A stretch of 64,000 nt of DNA from a virus: IMG/VR virus record IMGVR_UViG_3300025875_000621, positions 30,638-94,637 of that record; one strand, written 5' to 3'. Positions 55,770 through 63,476 of this stretch are shown one piece after another (the first letter of the stretch is position 1; every line of letters starts with the position of its first letter). The notes beneath the pieces were generated by a model. That model was not told where the DNA came from and did not search any database. It saw only the letters and a list, made by a program, of their open reading frames with translations. The position numbers and the translations under genes are program-made.

Positions 55770-56285
55770 TCAGCCCTGGGTGGGCTGGCCCTCCACGTCA
55801 CCGCTGGCGTCGGACGCCGGGACGTCCTCCGCAGGGACCGGCTCCGGCTCCACGGGCGCCGGGTCCGCCGGGGCGGGCTCCTCCGGGGCGGGCTCCACCG
55901 GCGGTGCCGGCTCCTCCGCGGCCGGGTCCGCGCCCACCTGGTTCAGCTGCGCGGCCAGGCTGTCCAGCCGGGTGGAGGCGGACCGAGCGTCCTCCAGCGC
56001 GGCGTCCGTGGTGGACCGCAGCTCCGCCAGCGCCGCGTCCTGCTCCACGTCCTCCGCGGCCTCCGCACTGGCCGTGGCGTCGTACCGGGCGCGCTCCGCG
56101 GCCAGGGCCTCCTGGGCGGCGGCCAGCTTCTCCGCGCTCCGGGCGCCCACCTCCTCCACGGCGGTGGCGATGCGGTCCACGGACTCCTGCAGTGCACTCA
56201 TGCTGTGCTCCAGACGCTTGACGACGGTGAGAATCTTCCGGGCCGTCCCCGTGCCACGGGTCCGGATGGTGAGCAGCAGGGACAT
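55770..56285 (-). CDS. coiled-coil protein with Pro/Glu-rich tail
   Basis: heptad pattern; start uncertain. Confidence 0.6.
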   Translation of the reverse strand: MSLLLTIRTRGTGTARKILTVVKRLEHSMSALQESVDRIATAVEEVGARSAEKLAAAQEALAAERARYDATASAEAAEDVEQDAALAELRSTTDAALEDARSASTRLDSLAAQLNQVGADPAAEEPAPPVEPAPEEPAPADPAPVEPEPVPAEDVPASDASGDVEGQPTQG

Positions 56286-56358
56286 GGCGTGATCGTAGGA
56301 CCACACGCGGTGAGCGCGCCTCCGTTCCGGCGCGGCGCCACGCGGTGATGATCTGCCC

Positions 56359-56541
56359 GTGTGTCCCAGCGGGAAGCTCTCCTACGTCAGCGCGGCGAAG
56401 GCCCACGCCGCCGTCCGCGCGATAGCCACCGGCCGCCACCGGCGGGGGGACAAGGCGGCGGTGGAGCCCTACCGCTGCAGCCTCTGCCCGCACTGGCACC
56501 TGATGGGTAAGGACCCGGCGCGGCGCAGGCGGCGGCGGTGA
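56359..56541 (+). CDS. small Zn-finger protein
   Basis: CPSGK..Y.S...YRC..C..WHL. Confidence 0.65.
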   Translation: MCPSGKLSYVSAAKAHAAVRAIATGRHRRGDKAAVEPYRCSLCPHWHLMGKDPARRRRRR

Positions 56542-56765
56542 CCGCGCCCGCCCCGGTCTCCGTGCTGGCCGGGCAGCAGGAGGACCCGGTGCACATCGCG
56601 TGCGCCACCACGGAGCGCACCTGGTGCGGAGAGCCGGCGGAGGACGTCTGGGTGGAGCACGTGGACGTAGACGAGGTGTGCCGGGTCTGCGTCCTGGTAC
56701 TGGAGCTGCTGCACGCCGGTGACCCGTGCCCGGTGTGCGGCAGCCGCGCCTGCCTGACCCGCTGA
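56538..56765 (+). CDS. small Cys-rich protein
   Basis: H..C...WCG...CRVC...CPVC. Confidence 0.6.
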   Translation: MTAPAPVSVLAGQQEDPVHIACATTERTWCGEPAEDVWVEHVDVDEVCRVCVLVLELLHAGDPCPVCGSRACLTR

Positions 56766-56858
56766 CGTGAATGCCGATAACGATTCTTATGTCAAGTAGC
56801 GGCGGCGATTGTGCTGGTCAGCCTGCAGTGAGAAGCGGCACGTGTTTGAGTTGCAGGT

Positions 56859-57362
56859 ATGGACACATGGCACCCCACTCCCCCACCTGCCGCTTTGCCT
56901 GTCCGTTACGCGGACCGCGTAGAAGTACAGGAGGACGGCTGCTGGTACTGGACGGGGACCGTGCTGGACAACGGGTACGGGCAGGTGAGCTACCAGGGCC
57001 GGCCGTGGCTGGTGCACCGGCTGGTCCGGACGCTCCTGGTCGGGCCCATTCCCGCCGGTCTCACGCTGGACCACCGATGCCACGACCGGACCTGCGTACC
57101 CCGCGGTCCGGTCTGTCAGCACCGGCGCTGCTGCAACCCCGCCCACACGGAGCACAGCACGCGTGGGAAGAACTCCGCCCGCCACCACCGGGAGAAGGAG
57201 AAGTGCCCGGCGGGGCACATGTACGACCGGACGGACCGGCGGGGTTGGCGCAGTTGCAGCACGTGTGCCAACACCCGGAAGCGGAAGCGCAGAGCCGGTG
57301 GTGAGCTGGACGTTCGCCGCGGGGGCGGAGGTGGTCCGGGGCAGGTCTCACGGGTTCTGTGA
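56859..57362 (+). CDS. HNH homing-type endonuclease
   Basis: CWYWTG...NGYG...VHR...GPIP.G..LDH.C...CCNPAH; CPAGH...CSTC. Confidence 0.85.
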   Translation: MDTWHPTPPPAALPVRYADRVEVQEDGCWYWTGTVLDNGYGQVSYQGRPWLVHRLVRTLLVGPIPAGLTLDHRCHDRTCVPRGPVCQHRRCCNPAHTEHSTRGKNSARHHREKEKCPAGHMYDRTDRRGWRSCSTCANTRKRKRRAGGELDVRRGGGGGPGQVSRVL

Positions 57363-57699
57363 AATCTGTGGTAGCCGGAAGGGGCAGGCCGTCCAGACTC
57401 ATCACCGGCAGCCGCGCGGCATGGGCGGGGTGTCCGGCGTGGGCTTGGCCGTGAACGCCCCGTCCGCCCTGCTGCGCGTCTGCCTGGACTGTCACGGCTG
57501 GCTGGAGACCCAGGAGCGCGGCGCCGCCCGGGACGCCGGGCTGCTGGTTCCCCGGCCGCTGGTCCCCGCGGAGACCCCGGTGTACCTGACGCCCATCTAC
57601 GGGCCGGGCTGGTACACGCTGGACGATGAGGGCTCCTACGCCTGGTGGCACGGCGAGACCCCGGCCGTACCACGGCAGCTGCTGCTCCACCTCATGTAG
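57301..57699 (+). CDS. HNH nuclease (McrA-like fold)
   Basis: RS.G.CEICG...HHRQPRGMGG...VCLDCHG. Confidence 0.75.
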   Translation: MSWTFAAGAEVVRGRSHGFCEICGSRKGQAVQTHHRQPRGMGGVSGVGLAVNAPSALLRVCLDCHGWLETQERGAARDAGLLVPRPLVPAETPVYLTPIYGPGWYTLDDEGSYAWWHGETPAVPRQLLLHLM

Positions 57700-57725
57700 C
57701 AGGCCCCACCCGCGTATCCTGGTCT

Positions 57726-57780
57726 CAGCAGGGGCTCCGCGCGTGCAACCTCCTCAGCTGGGCGCGCGGGGCCCCTGCTG
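57726..57780 (+). ncRNA. candidate antisense hairpin sRNA targeting the CCAGCUGAGGAG RBS
   Basis: TATCCT -10 at 57715-57720; 19-bp stem with two G-U pairs; loop GCAACCUCCUCAGCUGG. Confidence 0.6.
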
Positions 57781-57825
57781 CATGCCCGGCCCGTCCACTC
57801 TCAGTGCACGCGACGGCGCGGACCC

Positions 57826-57876
57826 GCGTACACTGTCCGTGCACGCACACCCCAGCCAGCTGAGGAGCTGACCGTG
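57826..57876 (+). promoter_or_regulatory. promoter-operator plus extended RBS
   Basis: GCGTACA-CTGTCCG-TGCACGC then CCAGCTGAGGAGCTGACCGTG. Confidence 0.7.
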
Positions 57877-58290
57877 ACCCAGAGTCCGCAGACGCCCGCG
57901 GAGCGCATCGCCTCCGCCCAGACCGTCACCACCCCCACGCCCATCCCGGCCGGTCCCCACGTGGAGGCCATGGCCGCGCAGGAGGCGCTGGAGGCCGCAC
58001 GCGCGGACTTCCGTGCACGCCTGGCCGCGGCCGCCCAGAAGGTGGTCAGCGTGGACGGCACGGTGAACGCCGGGCTGATGGTGGGCGGGACGTGGCTGTA
58101 CGACCGCTGGCGGTACCACGCCGGGGTGGGCGCCTGGCTGTCCCCCGGCGGGCTCATCGTCTACTCGGAGGACGTGCAGGCGCGCATGGCCATGCCCAGC
58201 GAGGCGGTGAAGCTGTACGCCTTCCTCCTGGAGGAGGGGGACGCGGCGGTGGCCGCGGAGCTGGCCGCCCAGAAGCCCACCACCCCGTAG
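57874..58290 (+). CDS. hypothetical protein
   Basis: GTG after the extended RBS. Confidence 0.7.
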   Translation: MTQSPQTPAERIASAQTVTTPTPIPAGPHVEAMAAQEALEAARADFRARLAAAAQKVVSVDGTVNAGLMVGGTWLYDRWRYHAGVGAWLSPGGLIVYSEDVQARMAMPSEAVKLYAFLLEEGDAAVAAELAAQKPTTP

Positions 58291-58437
58291 ACCCGCACCG
58301 CCCCCTCCGCCCAGGTGTGTCGTCCCCGCGGCGCACCTGGGCGGAGCTGTACCGTCCGCCGTGACCGCCCGCAGTCCCCCGCCTGCTCCCGGTCACCACC
58401 AGCCAGCCGCCCCCACCGGCCACCCGTCTGGAGCCCT

Positions 58438-58731
58438 GTGCACCCCGCCCTCATCTACCTGGCCGCCGCCGTGGCGCTGCTCCTATGGGCCCGCGCCGCC
58501 CTCCGCTGCCACCGTGAGGTGAGCGGCATGCGGACCCGGGCCCGCACCCGCGCGCAGGCGCTGCGCCTGGTGGAGCAGGCCCGCTACCGCTGGGATGCGG
58601 GCACCGCCGCCATGGCCGCCGGCCTGGCGCCGCTGCAGCACATGGCCGGCACCACCGGGTTCGGGGATCAGCTCATCGCGGAGGAGCGGCTGCGGAACGC
58701 CACCGCGGCCGCGGCGGAGGCATCCCGGTGA
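58438..58731 (+). CDS. membrane-anchored hypothetical protein
   Basis: GGAG RBS, hydrophobic N-terminus, coupled to rusA. Confidence 0.5.
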   Translation: MHPALIYLAAAVALLLWARAALRCHREVSGMRTRARTRAQALRLVEQARYRWDAGTAAMAAGLAPLQHMAGTTGFGDQLIAEERLRNATAAAAEASR

Positions 58732-59177
58732 CCGTCCTGACCTTCCACGTCCCCGGCGTCCCCATCCCCCAGGCGGAGGTGCGGCCCGGGAACGTGAAGC
58801 CCAGCGGGAAGCGGGCGCCGTCCTACTACGCCAACGGGAAGGACCTGCACCCCTGGCGGGACGCCGTGACCACCGTGGCCCGGCACGCCGCGGCCCGCGC
58901 CCGCGCGCACTACCCGAAGGAGCAGGCCGTCCGCCTGGACCTGGTGTTCTACCTCCCCAGGCCCCGCACCGTGACCCGCCCGCTGCCGAACGTGAAGCCG
59001 GACGTGCAGCACCTGGTCCGCGCCATAGAGGACGCCCTGACGAAGGCCGGGGTGTGGGTGGACGACGGGCAGGTCACGGACGGCTCCGCGTACAAGCGGT
59101 ACGCGGACACCCACCCCGCCGGTGTGGCCGTCCGCGTCTCCCCCGTCACCCCGGACGGCCCGGAGACCAGCCAGTGA
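58728..59177 (+). CDS. rusA: RusA-like Holliday junction resolvase
   Basis: F.VPG.P.PQ, WR..V, F.LPRP, KPD..L.RA..DAL..AGVW.DD.QV. Confidence 0.85.
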   Translation: MTVLTFHVPGVPIPQAEVRPGNVKPSGKRAPSYYANGKDLHPWRDAVTTVARHAAARARAHYPKEQAVRLDLVFYLPRPRTVTRPLPNVKPDVQHLVRAIEDALTKAGVWVDDGQVTDGSAYKRYADTHPAGVAVRVSPVTPDGPETSQ

Positions 59178-59659
59178 CCGCGGCCCATCCCCGGTCCGGC
59201 ACGGACCTGGTGGCGGAGTGCACCCTGCTGGGCCTCCGCCTGGCCGCCGCCCTCCGGCACGGTGACCGCGCCCAGGTGAACCAGCTGCTGGAGGAGGTCC
59301 CCGGCGGCCGCATGGACGTCCTGGCCCTCTCCCTGGCCGCCCTGGTGAACCCGGACCTGGAGCTGTCCACCACCACCGGGCAGGTCATCAGCGGCAGCCG
59401 CCGCCCACCGCTCACCGGCGGCCCGGAGCCCCTGCCCCGGGAGCACGGCACCCGCCGCGGCTACCGGCAGCACCGGGACCGGGAGGAGCAGCCCTGCCCG
59501 GACTGCACCGCCGCGTGGGCCGTGGCCCGCCGGCCAGCCGCCTGCCAGGTGGAGTACGCCCGCCTGCGCTCCCTGCACGTCTCCGTCCTGGCCGCCGCGG
59601 AGCTGTCCCGCGCCGTCCACGTCCTGTCCCGCCCCACCCCTCCTGAGGAGTCACCGTGA
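59174..59659 (+). CDS. hypothetical protein with HGT..GY..H...PC..C motif
   Basis: EHGTRRGYRQH...PCPDC; coupled. Confidence 0.65.
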   Translation: MTAAHPRSGTDLVAECTLLGLRLAAALRHGDRAQVNQLLEEVPGGRMDVLALSLAALVNPDLELSTTTGQVISGSRRPPLTGGPEPLPREHGTRRGYRQHRDREEQPCPDCTAAWAVARRPAACQVEYARLRSLHVSVLAAAELSRAVHVLSRPTPPEESP

Positions 59660-59898
59660 GACCAGCCCCAGCCACCACGCACCTGCCCGCGCACGTGCCC
59701 GCCAGCGCGCAGCGCATCCCCACCCGGGAGCTGGCCGCGCAGCAGCCAGCCGCCCCCGTCCCGCCCACGCAGCCCCTGCGCCGCGTCTGCGGGCAGACCG
59801 CCGCCAGCGGGGAGCCGTGCATGCTGCTCCACCCGCACTGGGGCAGCTACCACCTGCCGGTCCCCCGGCGCCGCCCCCTCCAGGTGCGCGGCCAGTGA
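59656..59898 (+). CDS. small hypothetical protein
   Basis: CTGAGGAG RBS; CG...C...H...H. Confidence 0.55.
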   Translation: MRPAPATTHLPAHVPASAQRIPTRELAAQQPAAPVPPTQPLRRVCGQTAASGEPCMLLHPHWGSYHLPVPRRRPLQVRGQ

Positions 59899-60170
59899 GC
59901 GGCCAGCACGCAGCGCCCCCGCCCCACCCCGGGCACCGGCCCGTGCAGCATCGAGACGGACGCCCCCCGTGGTGCCGGGAGTGCGGCCTGGACGCCACCG
60001 GCCGCGCCCCGGCGTCCCGCCTGCCCGGCCAGCGCCCGCCCACGGCCGCCAGCCAGCCCGTGACCGCGGACGCCGTGGTCACCACCGGGGACGCCGCACC
60101 CCGCGTCCCACCCGTCACGTTCCTGGAGCCACCCCCGGCTCCGCAGCCCCCTGAGGAGGACACCCCGTGA
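59895..60170 (+). CDS. small hypothetical protein
   Basis: GTGA coupling; WCRECG. Confidence 0.5.
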   Translation: MSGQHAAPPPHPGHRPVQHRDGRPPWCRECGLDATGRAPASRLPGQRPPTAASQPVTADAVVTTGDAAPRVPPVTFLEPPPAPQPPEEDTP

Positions 60171-60427
60171 GCGACACCCAGCAGGACCCCCGGCCCGTCA
60201 GCCAGCCCTCCACCGTCACCGTGCAGCTGCCCTGGTCCTGGTTCCAGTACAGCGAGCACGGCGGCCCGCCCGTGGGCAGCACCCTGGGCGTGGCCGGCCA
60301 GCAGGGCACCGTGACCGGCTTCCGCCGCCAGGGGGAGGACATGCTGTCCATCGACCTGGAGCTGCCGGAACTGCCCTCCGCCCTGGTCGGCCTGCCTGGC
60401 TCCTACTCCATGGACGGCGGCCAGTGA
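60167..60427 (+). CDS. small hypothetical protein
   Basis: CTGAGGAGG RBS. Confidence 0.6.
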   Translation: MSDTQQDPRPVSQPSTVTVQLPWSWFQYSEHGGPPVGSTLGVAGQQGTVTGFRRQGEDMLSIDLELPELPSALVGLPGSYSMDGGQ

Positions 60428-60783
60428 CCACCACAGGCCAGGCTCCGCCCTGGGCGCTGCAGCTGGTCCATGACCTGCAGCAGGCGGAGGAGATGCACCC
60501 CCAGTTCTACGTGGACCGCGGCATGGGGGAGTACGTCCGCGTCGGCTGCCCCATCACCGTGGCCCTGGAGCGCGTCCCCGCAGAGGTCCGCGTGGCCGTG
60601 GAGCTGGCCGCCCGCTGGCAGCCGGAGCCACCGCCGGAGGAGCCCCCCGCCACCACGGAAACGGCACGGCAGGGCGTGGTCATCAACGTGGCCCCCGGCC
60701 AGAACGCGCAGGACGTCGGGGAGCAGACCGCCCGCGCCCTCACCCACCACCAGCAGACCCACGGGGAGGACCACCGTGCCTGA
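60424..60783 (+). CDS. hypothetical protein
   Basis: GTGA coupling. Confidence 0.55.
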   Translation: MTTTGQAPPWALQLVHDLQQAEEMHPQFYVDRGMGEYVRVGCPITVALERVPAEVRVAVELAARWQPEPPPEEPPATTETARQGVVINVAPGQNAQDVGEQTARALTHHQQTHGEDHRA

Positions 60784-61078
60784 GCCGGAGAAGCCCTGCG
60801 TGCTGCCCGCCGTCCTGGGCTGGTCCAACACCGGGCCGGACAGCCTGCAGCTGTACGCCCTGGACGCCGGGCCGTCACCTCGCTGGATGGACCCGCCCCA
60901 CGGCCGCCGGCTGGAGACTGCCCTGCGGGAGCAGGGGGCCGTCATGGACAGCAGCCCCTACGTGGAGGGAGACCGCTTCCTGCTGGTCCACGTGGGCCGC
61001 GCACAGGACGTCACGGAGGACCGGCTGCAGAGCCTCCGGCGCACCGTGGAGCAGGCCCTGGAGGACCACCGTGGCTGA
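60776..61078 (+). CDS. hypothetical protein, paralog of the next gene
   Basis: VLPA...FLLVHVGRAQDVT...VEQAL. Confidence 0.6.
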   Translation: MPEPEKPCVLPAVLGWSNTGPDSLQLYALDAGPSPRWMDPPHGRRLETALREQGAVMDSSPYVEGDRFLLVHVGRAQDVTEDRLQSLRRTVEQALEDHRG

Positions 61079-61643
61079 GGAGAAGCAGTCGTACGTCCTG
61101 CCCGCCTTGATGCAGGCCGTGAGCCGCACCGGCCACGTCACGGACAGCACCCTCCGCCTGTTCGCCGTCCAGGAGCCCCGCGCGGACCAGCTGCTGGAGC
61201 GCGTCCTGCAGGAGCACGGCAGGGCAGAGCTGGGGGGCTACTTCCTGGTGGCCCACGTCGGCCACGCCCGAGACGTCACCACGGAGGAGCTGGCCTCAGC
61301 GCAGCGCGCCGTGGAGCACGCCCTGACCCCGGCCCGTGCCACAGAGCAGGCCACCCTGCCAGTGGGGACCCAGCGCGGCGGGTACGTGTGGGACGGCTCC
61401 CAGTTCGTCCCTGGCCCGGATCAGCCCCTCAGCCCGCAGGACGAGGACGACCCACCGCCGGTGGGCCTCACCGCCCAGCAGGCCGCCTGGGTCATCCGGC
61501 GCCTGACCCGGCACCTGGGAGAGGCGGAGCACGAACACCTCCCCCTCCGCGGCGGCCAGCACGTCTCGGTCATCGCCACGGACCTGGTGGAGGACTGGCT
61601 GCAGGGGTTCGCCGTCCGGGTTCAGCACGGGGAGCCCCTGTGA
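61071..61643 (+). CDS. hypothetical protein, paralog of the previous gene
   Basis: VLPA...FLVAHVGHARDVT...VEHAL. Confidence 0.6.
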   Translation: MAEEKQSYVLPALMQAVSRTGHVTDSTLRLFAVQEPRADQLLERVLQEHGRAELGGYFLVAHVGHARDVTTEELASAQRAVEHALTPARATEQATLPVGTQRGGYVWDGSQFVPGPDQPLSPQDEDDPPPVGLTAQQAAWVIRRLTRHLGEAEHEHLPLRGGQHVSVIATDLVEDWLQGFAVRVQHGEPL

Positions 61644-61858
61644 CCCGGCCACCGGCGCACATGTGGGTGATGGAGCTGGACGGCCTCACCCAGGAGACCG
61701 CCACGTACCGGTGGGCCAACCAGCAGGCCGGACCGGACGCCACGCTGACCATCACCCGGCAGCAGTACGAGGACACCGGGCGGCTGGCCACCGCGCACGT
61801 CCACCTGGGCGTCTCCGGCGCCGTGGGCTTCCTGCCCCAGCCCGGGAGCGCCACGTGA
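61640..61858 (+). CDS. small hypothetical protein
   Basis: GTGA coupling at both ends. Confidence 0.5.
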   Translation: MTRPPAHMWVMELDGLTQETATYRWANQQAGPDATLTITRQQYEDTGRLATAHVHLGVSGAVGFLPQPGSAT

Positions 61859-62232
61859 CCGGCCCCGTGGCGCACGTCAGCGCCAGCCCCGTGGTCCATG
61901 ACGGGCCCGGCCACGCTGCCGCAGACCCCGGCTGGTGCGGCGGCTGCTGGTGGGAGCAGCGCGGCCAGTACGCCCCGCCCTCCCTCACCCAGCTACCGGA
62001 CCACGCCCCGGACTGTCCGGCCTGCTGCGTCCGCCCCCCGGTCGGGTACGCGGTCCGCGTCTCCCAGGCGGTCAGCGACCCGTGGCACGGCACCGTGGTG
62101 AAGGGCCACCGGGACCTGCCCCGGCACCAGGTGAACGTGATGGAGCACCCCACCGGCCGGGTGGTCACCGTCCGCCTGGACCAGCTGGTGGAGGTCTGGG
62201 ACCCCTTCTCCACGGACAGGAGCACGACGTGA
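61855..62232 (+). CDS. hypothetical protein (CxxC)
   Basis: coupled; CGGC, CPAC. Confidence 0.5.
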   Translation: MTGPVAHVSASPVVHDGPGHAAADPGWCGGCWWEQRGQYAPPSLTQLPDHAPDCPACCVRPPVGYAVRVSQAVSDPWHGTVVKGHRDLPRHQVNVMEHPTGRVVTVRLDQLVEVWDPFSTDRSTT

Positions 62233-62777
62233 CCGCGCGCCGGGCGCCTCACAGCACCGTGCGGCTACTCCTCGTCGGTGCCGTAGTGGGGGTGAGCGGA
62301 GTACGCCACCTCCGTACGGTGCGCGCCCTCCGCCAGGCACGCAGGGAGGCCCAGTGGCTCCAGGCCCGTCTCCAGAACACGGAGACGGAGCGGGACATGG
62401 CGGAGAGCACCCTGCGGGACACCCAGGAGGAGGCCAGCCTGCTCCGCTCCACCGTCTCCACCCTGCTGGACAGCGGCCTCCCCCTCCCCCCGCAGGTCAT
62501 CCCCCCGCAGGTGCGCACCCTGCAGGCCGGCGGCCTCATCCAGGGAGACGCGGGCTGGCAGTTCCACCTGGACCAGCCACCCACGGACGGCGTGATCCTC
62601 ACCGTGGAGCACCGCGGCGCGGGAGACCCCCCGTTCATCACCCCGCCGGACCAGGGCGCGGAACCCCTCCCCGGCGGGTTCACCGTCCACCTGACGCTCC
62701 GTCTCACCACCCGGGAGGAGCCCCTGCACGTGTGGCTGGTGGAGCACGCCACCGTCCAGATCACCCAGCCCACCTGA
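62229..62777 (+). CDS. membrane-anchored coiled-coil protein
   Basis: AGGAG RBS; hydrophobic N-terminus then coil. Confidence 0.55.
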   Translation: MTARRAPHSTVRLLLVGAVVGVSGVRHLRTVRALRQARREAQWLQARLQNTETERDMAESTLRDTQEEASLLRSTVSTLLDSGLPLPPQVIPPQVRTLQAGGLIQGDAGWQFHLDQPPTDGVILTVEHRGAGDPPFITPPDQGAEPLPGGFTVHLTLRLTTREEPLHVWLVEHATVQITQPT

Positions 62778-62930
62778 CCCACCGGCTGCCCCGCGGACCC
62801 CACCCGCGGGGCAGCCCCACACCCCACTCCCGGGCAGACACGCCCACCACCCCCACCCAACCCACACGCCCAGTCACCGTGAGCCACACTGGACCGCAGC
62901 CAGTAACCAGTCAGACACGCGGGGGAACCA

Positions 62931-63476
62931 GTGGCAGAACCGTGGGAGCGCCTGGTAGGCGAGGGCACCAAGCGGTTCGAAGCGTTCGCCAAGTACCGGG
63001 ACATGGGCCCGGAACGCAGTCTGGCGAAGGTGGCGCAGGCGTTGGGCAAGACCACCAGTCTCATGGAGCGGTGGTCCGCGGAGGATTCCTGGGTCCACCG
63101 GGTCACCGCGTGGGATGAGGAGCAGGACCGCATCTGGCGGGGCCAGCAGGTCTCCTACCGCCGGGAGGTGGGCCGCCGTCAGCTCCGGATCGCGAACGCC
63201 ATGCAGGGCCAGCTGGTGAACCGGCTGGCGGAGCTGGACGTGTCCACCCTGGGCCCGGCTGACCTGGCCCGGTGGCTGGAGGTCACGTCGAAGGTGCAGC
63301 GGCAGGCCCTGGGCCAGGGGGACCGCACGGAGCTGACCGGGGCGGACGGTGGCCCCGTCCAGCTGGAGGCCCTGTCCCCGGACCAGGCGCGTGCCCGGCT
63401 GCGGGACCTGGCCGCGGAGATAGCGCGGCGCACGCAGGCGGACCCGGACGCCGTGCCCCTGGCCGGTGCCCTGTGA
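62931..63476 (+). CDS. terminase small subunit-like protein
   Basis: PWER..GE....FEAF..YRDMG..RSL.KVA..LGK....ERWS....W..R..AWD; C-terminal ELTGADGGPVQ. Confidence 0.7.
   Translation: MAEPWERLVGEGTKRFEAFAKYRDMGPERSLAKVAQALGKTTSLMERWSAEDSWVHRVTAWDEEQDRIWRGQQVSYRREVGRRQLRIANAMQGQLVNRLAELDVSTLGPADLARWLEVTSKVQRQALGQGDRTELTGADGGPVQLEALSPDQARARLRDLAAEIARRTQADPDAVPLAGAL

Noticed and set aside
2812-57876. Dispersed repeats as a CRISPR array or integron attC sites
   Set aside because: Copies are kilobases apart, coincide with -10/RBS positions, and no integrase was seen.
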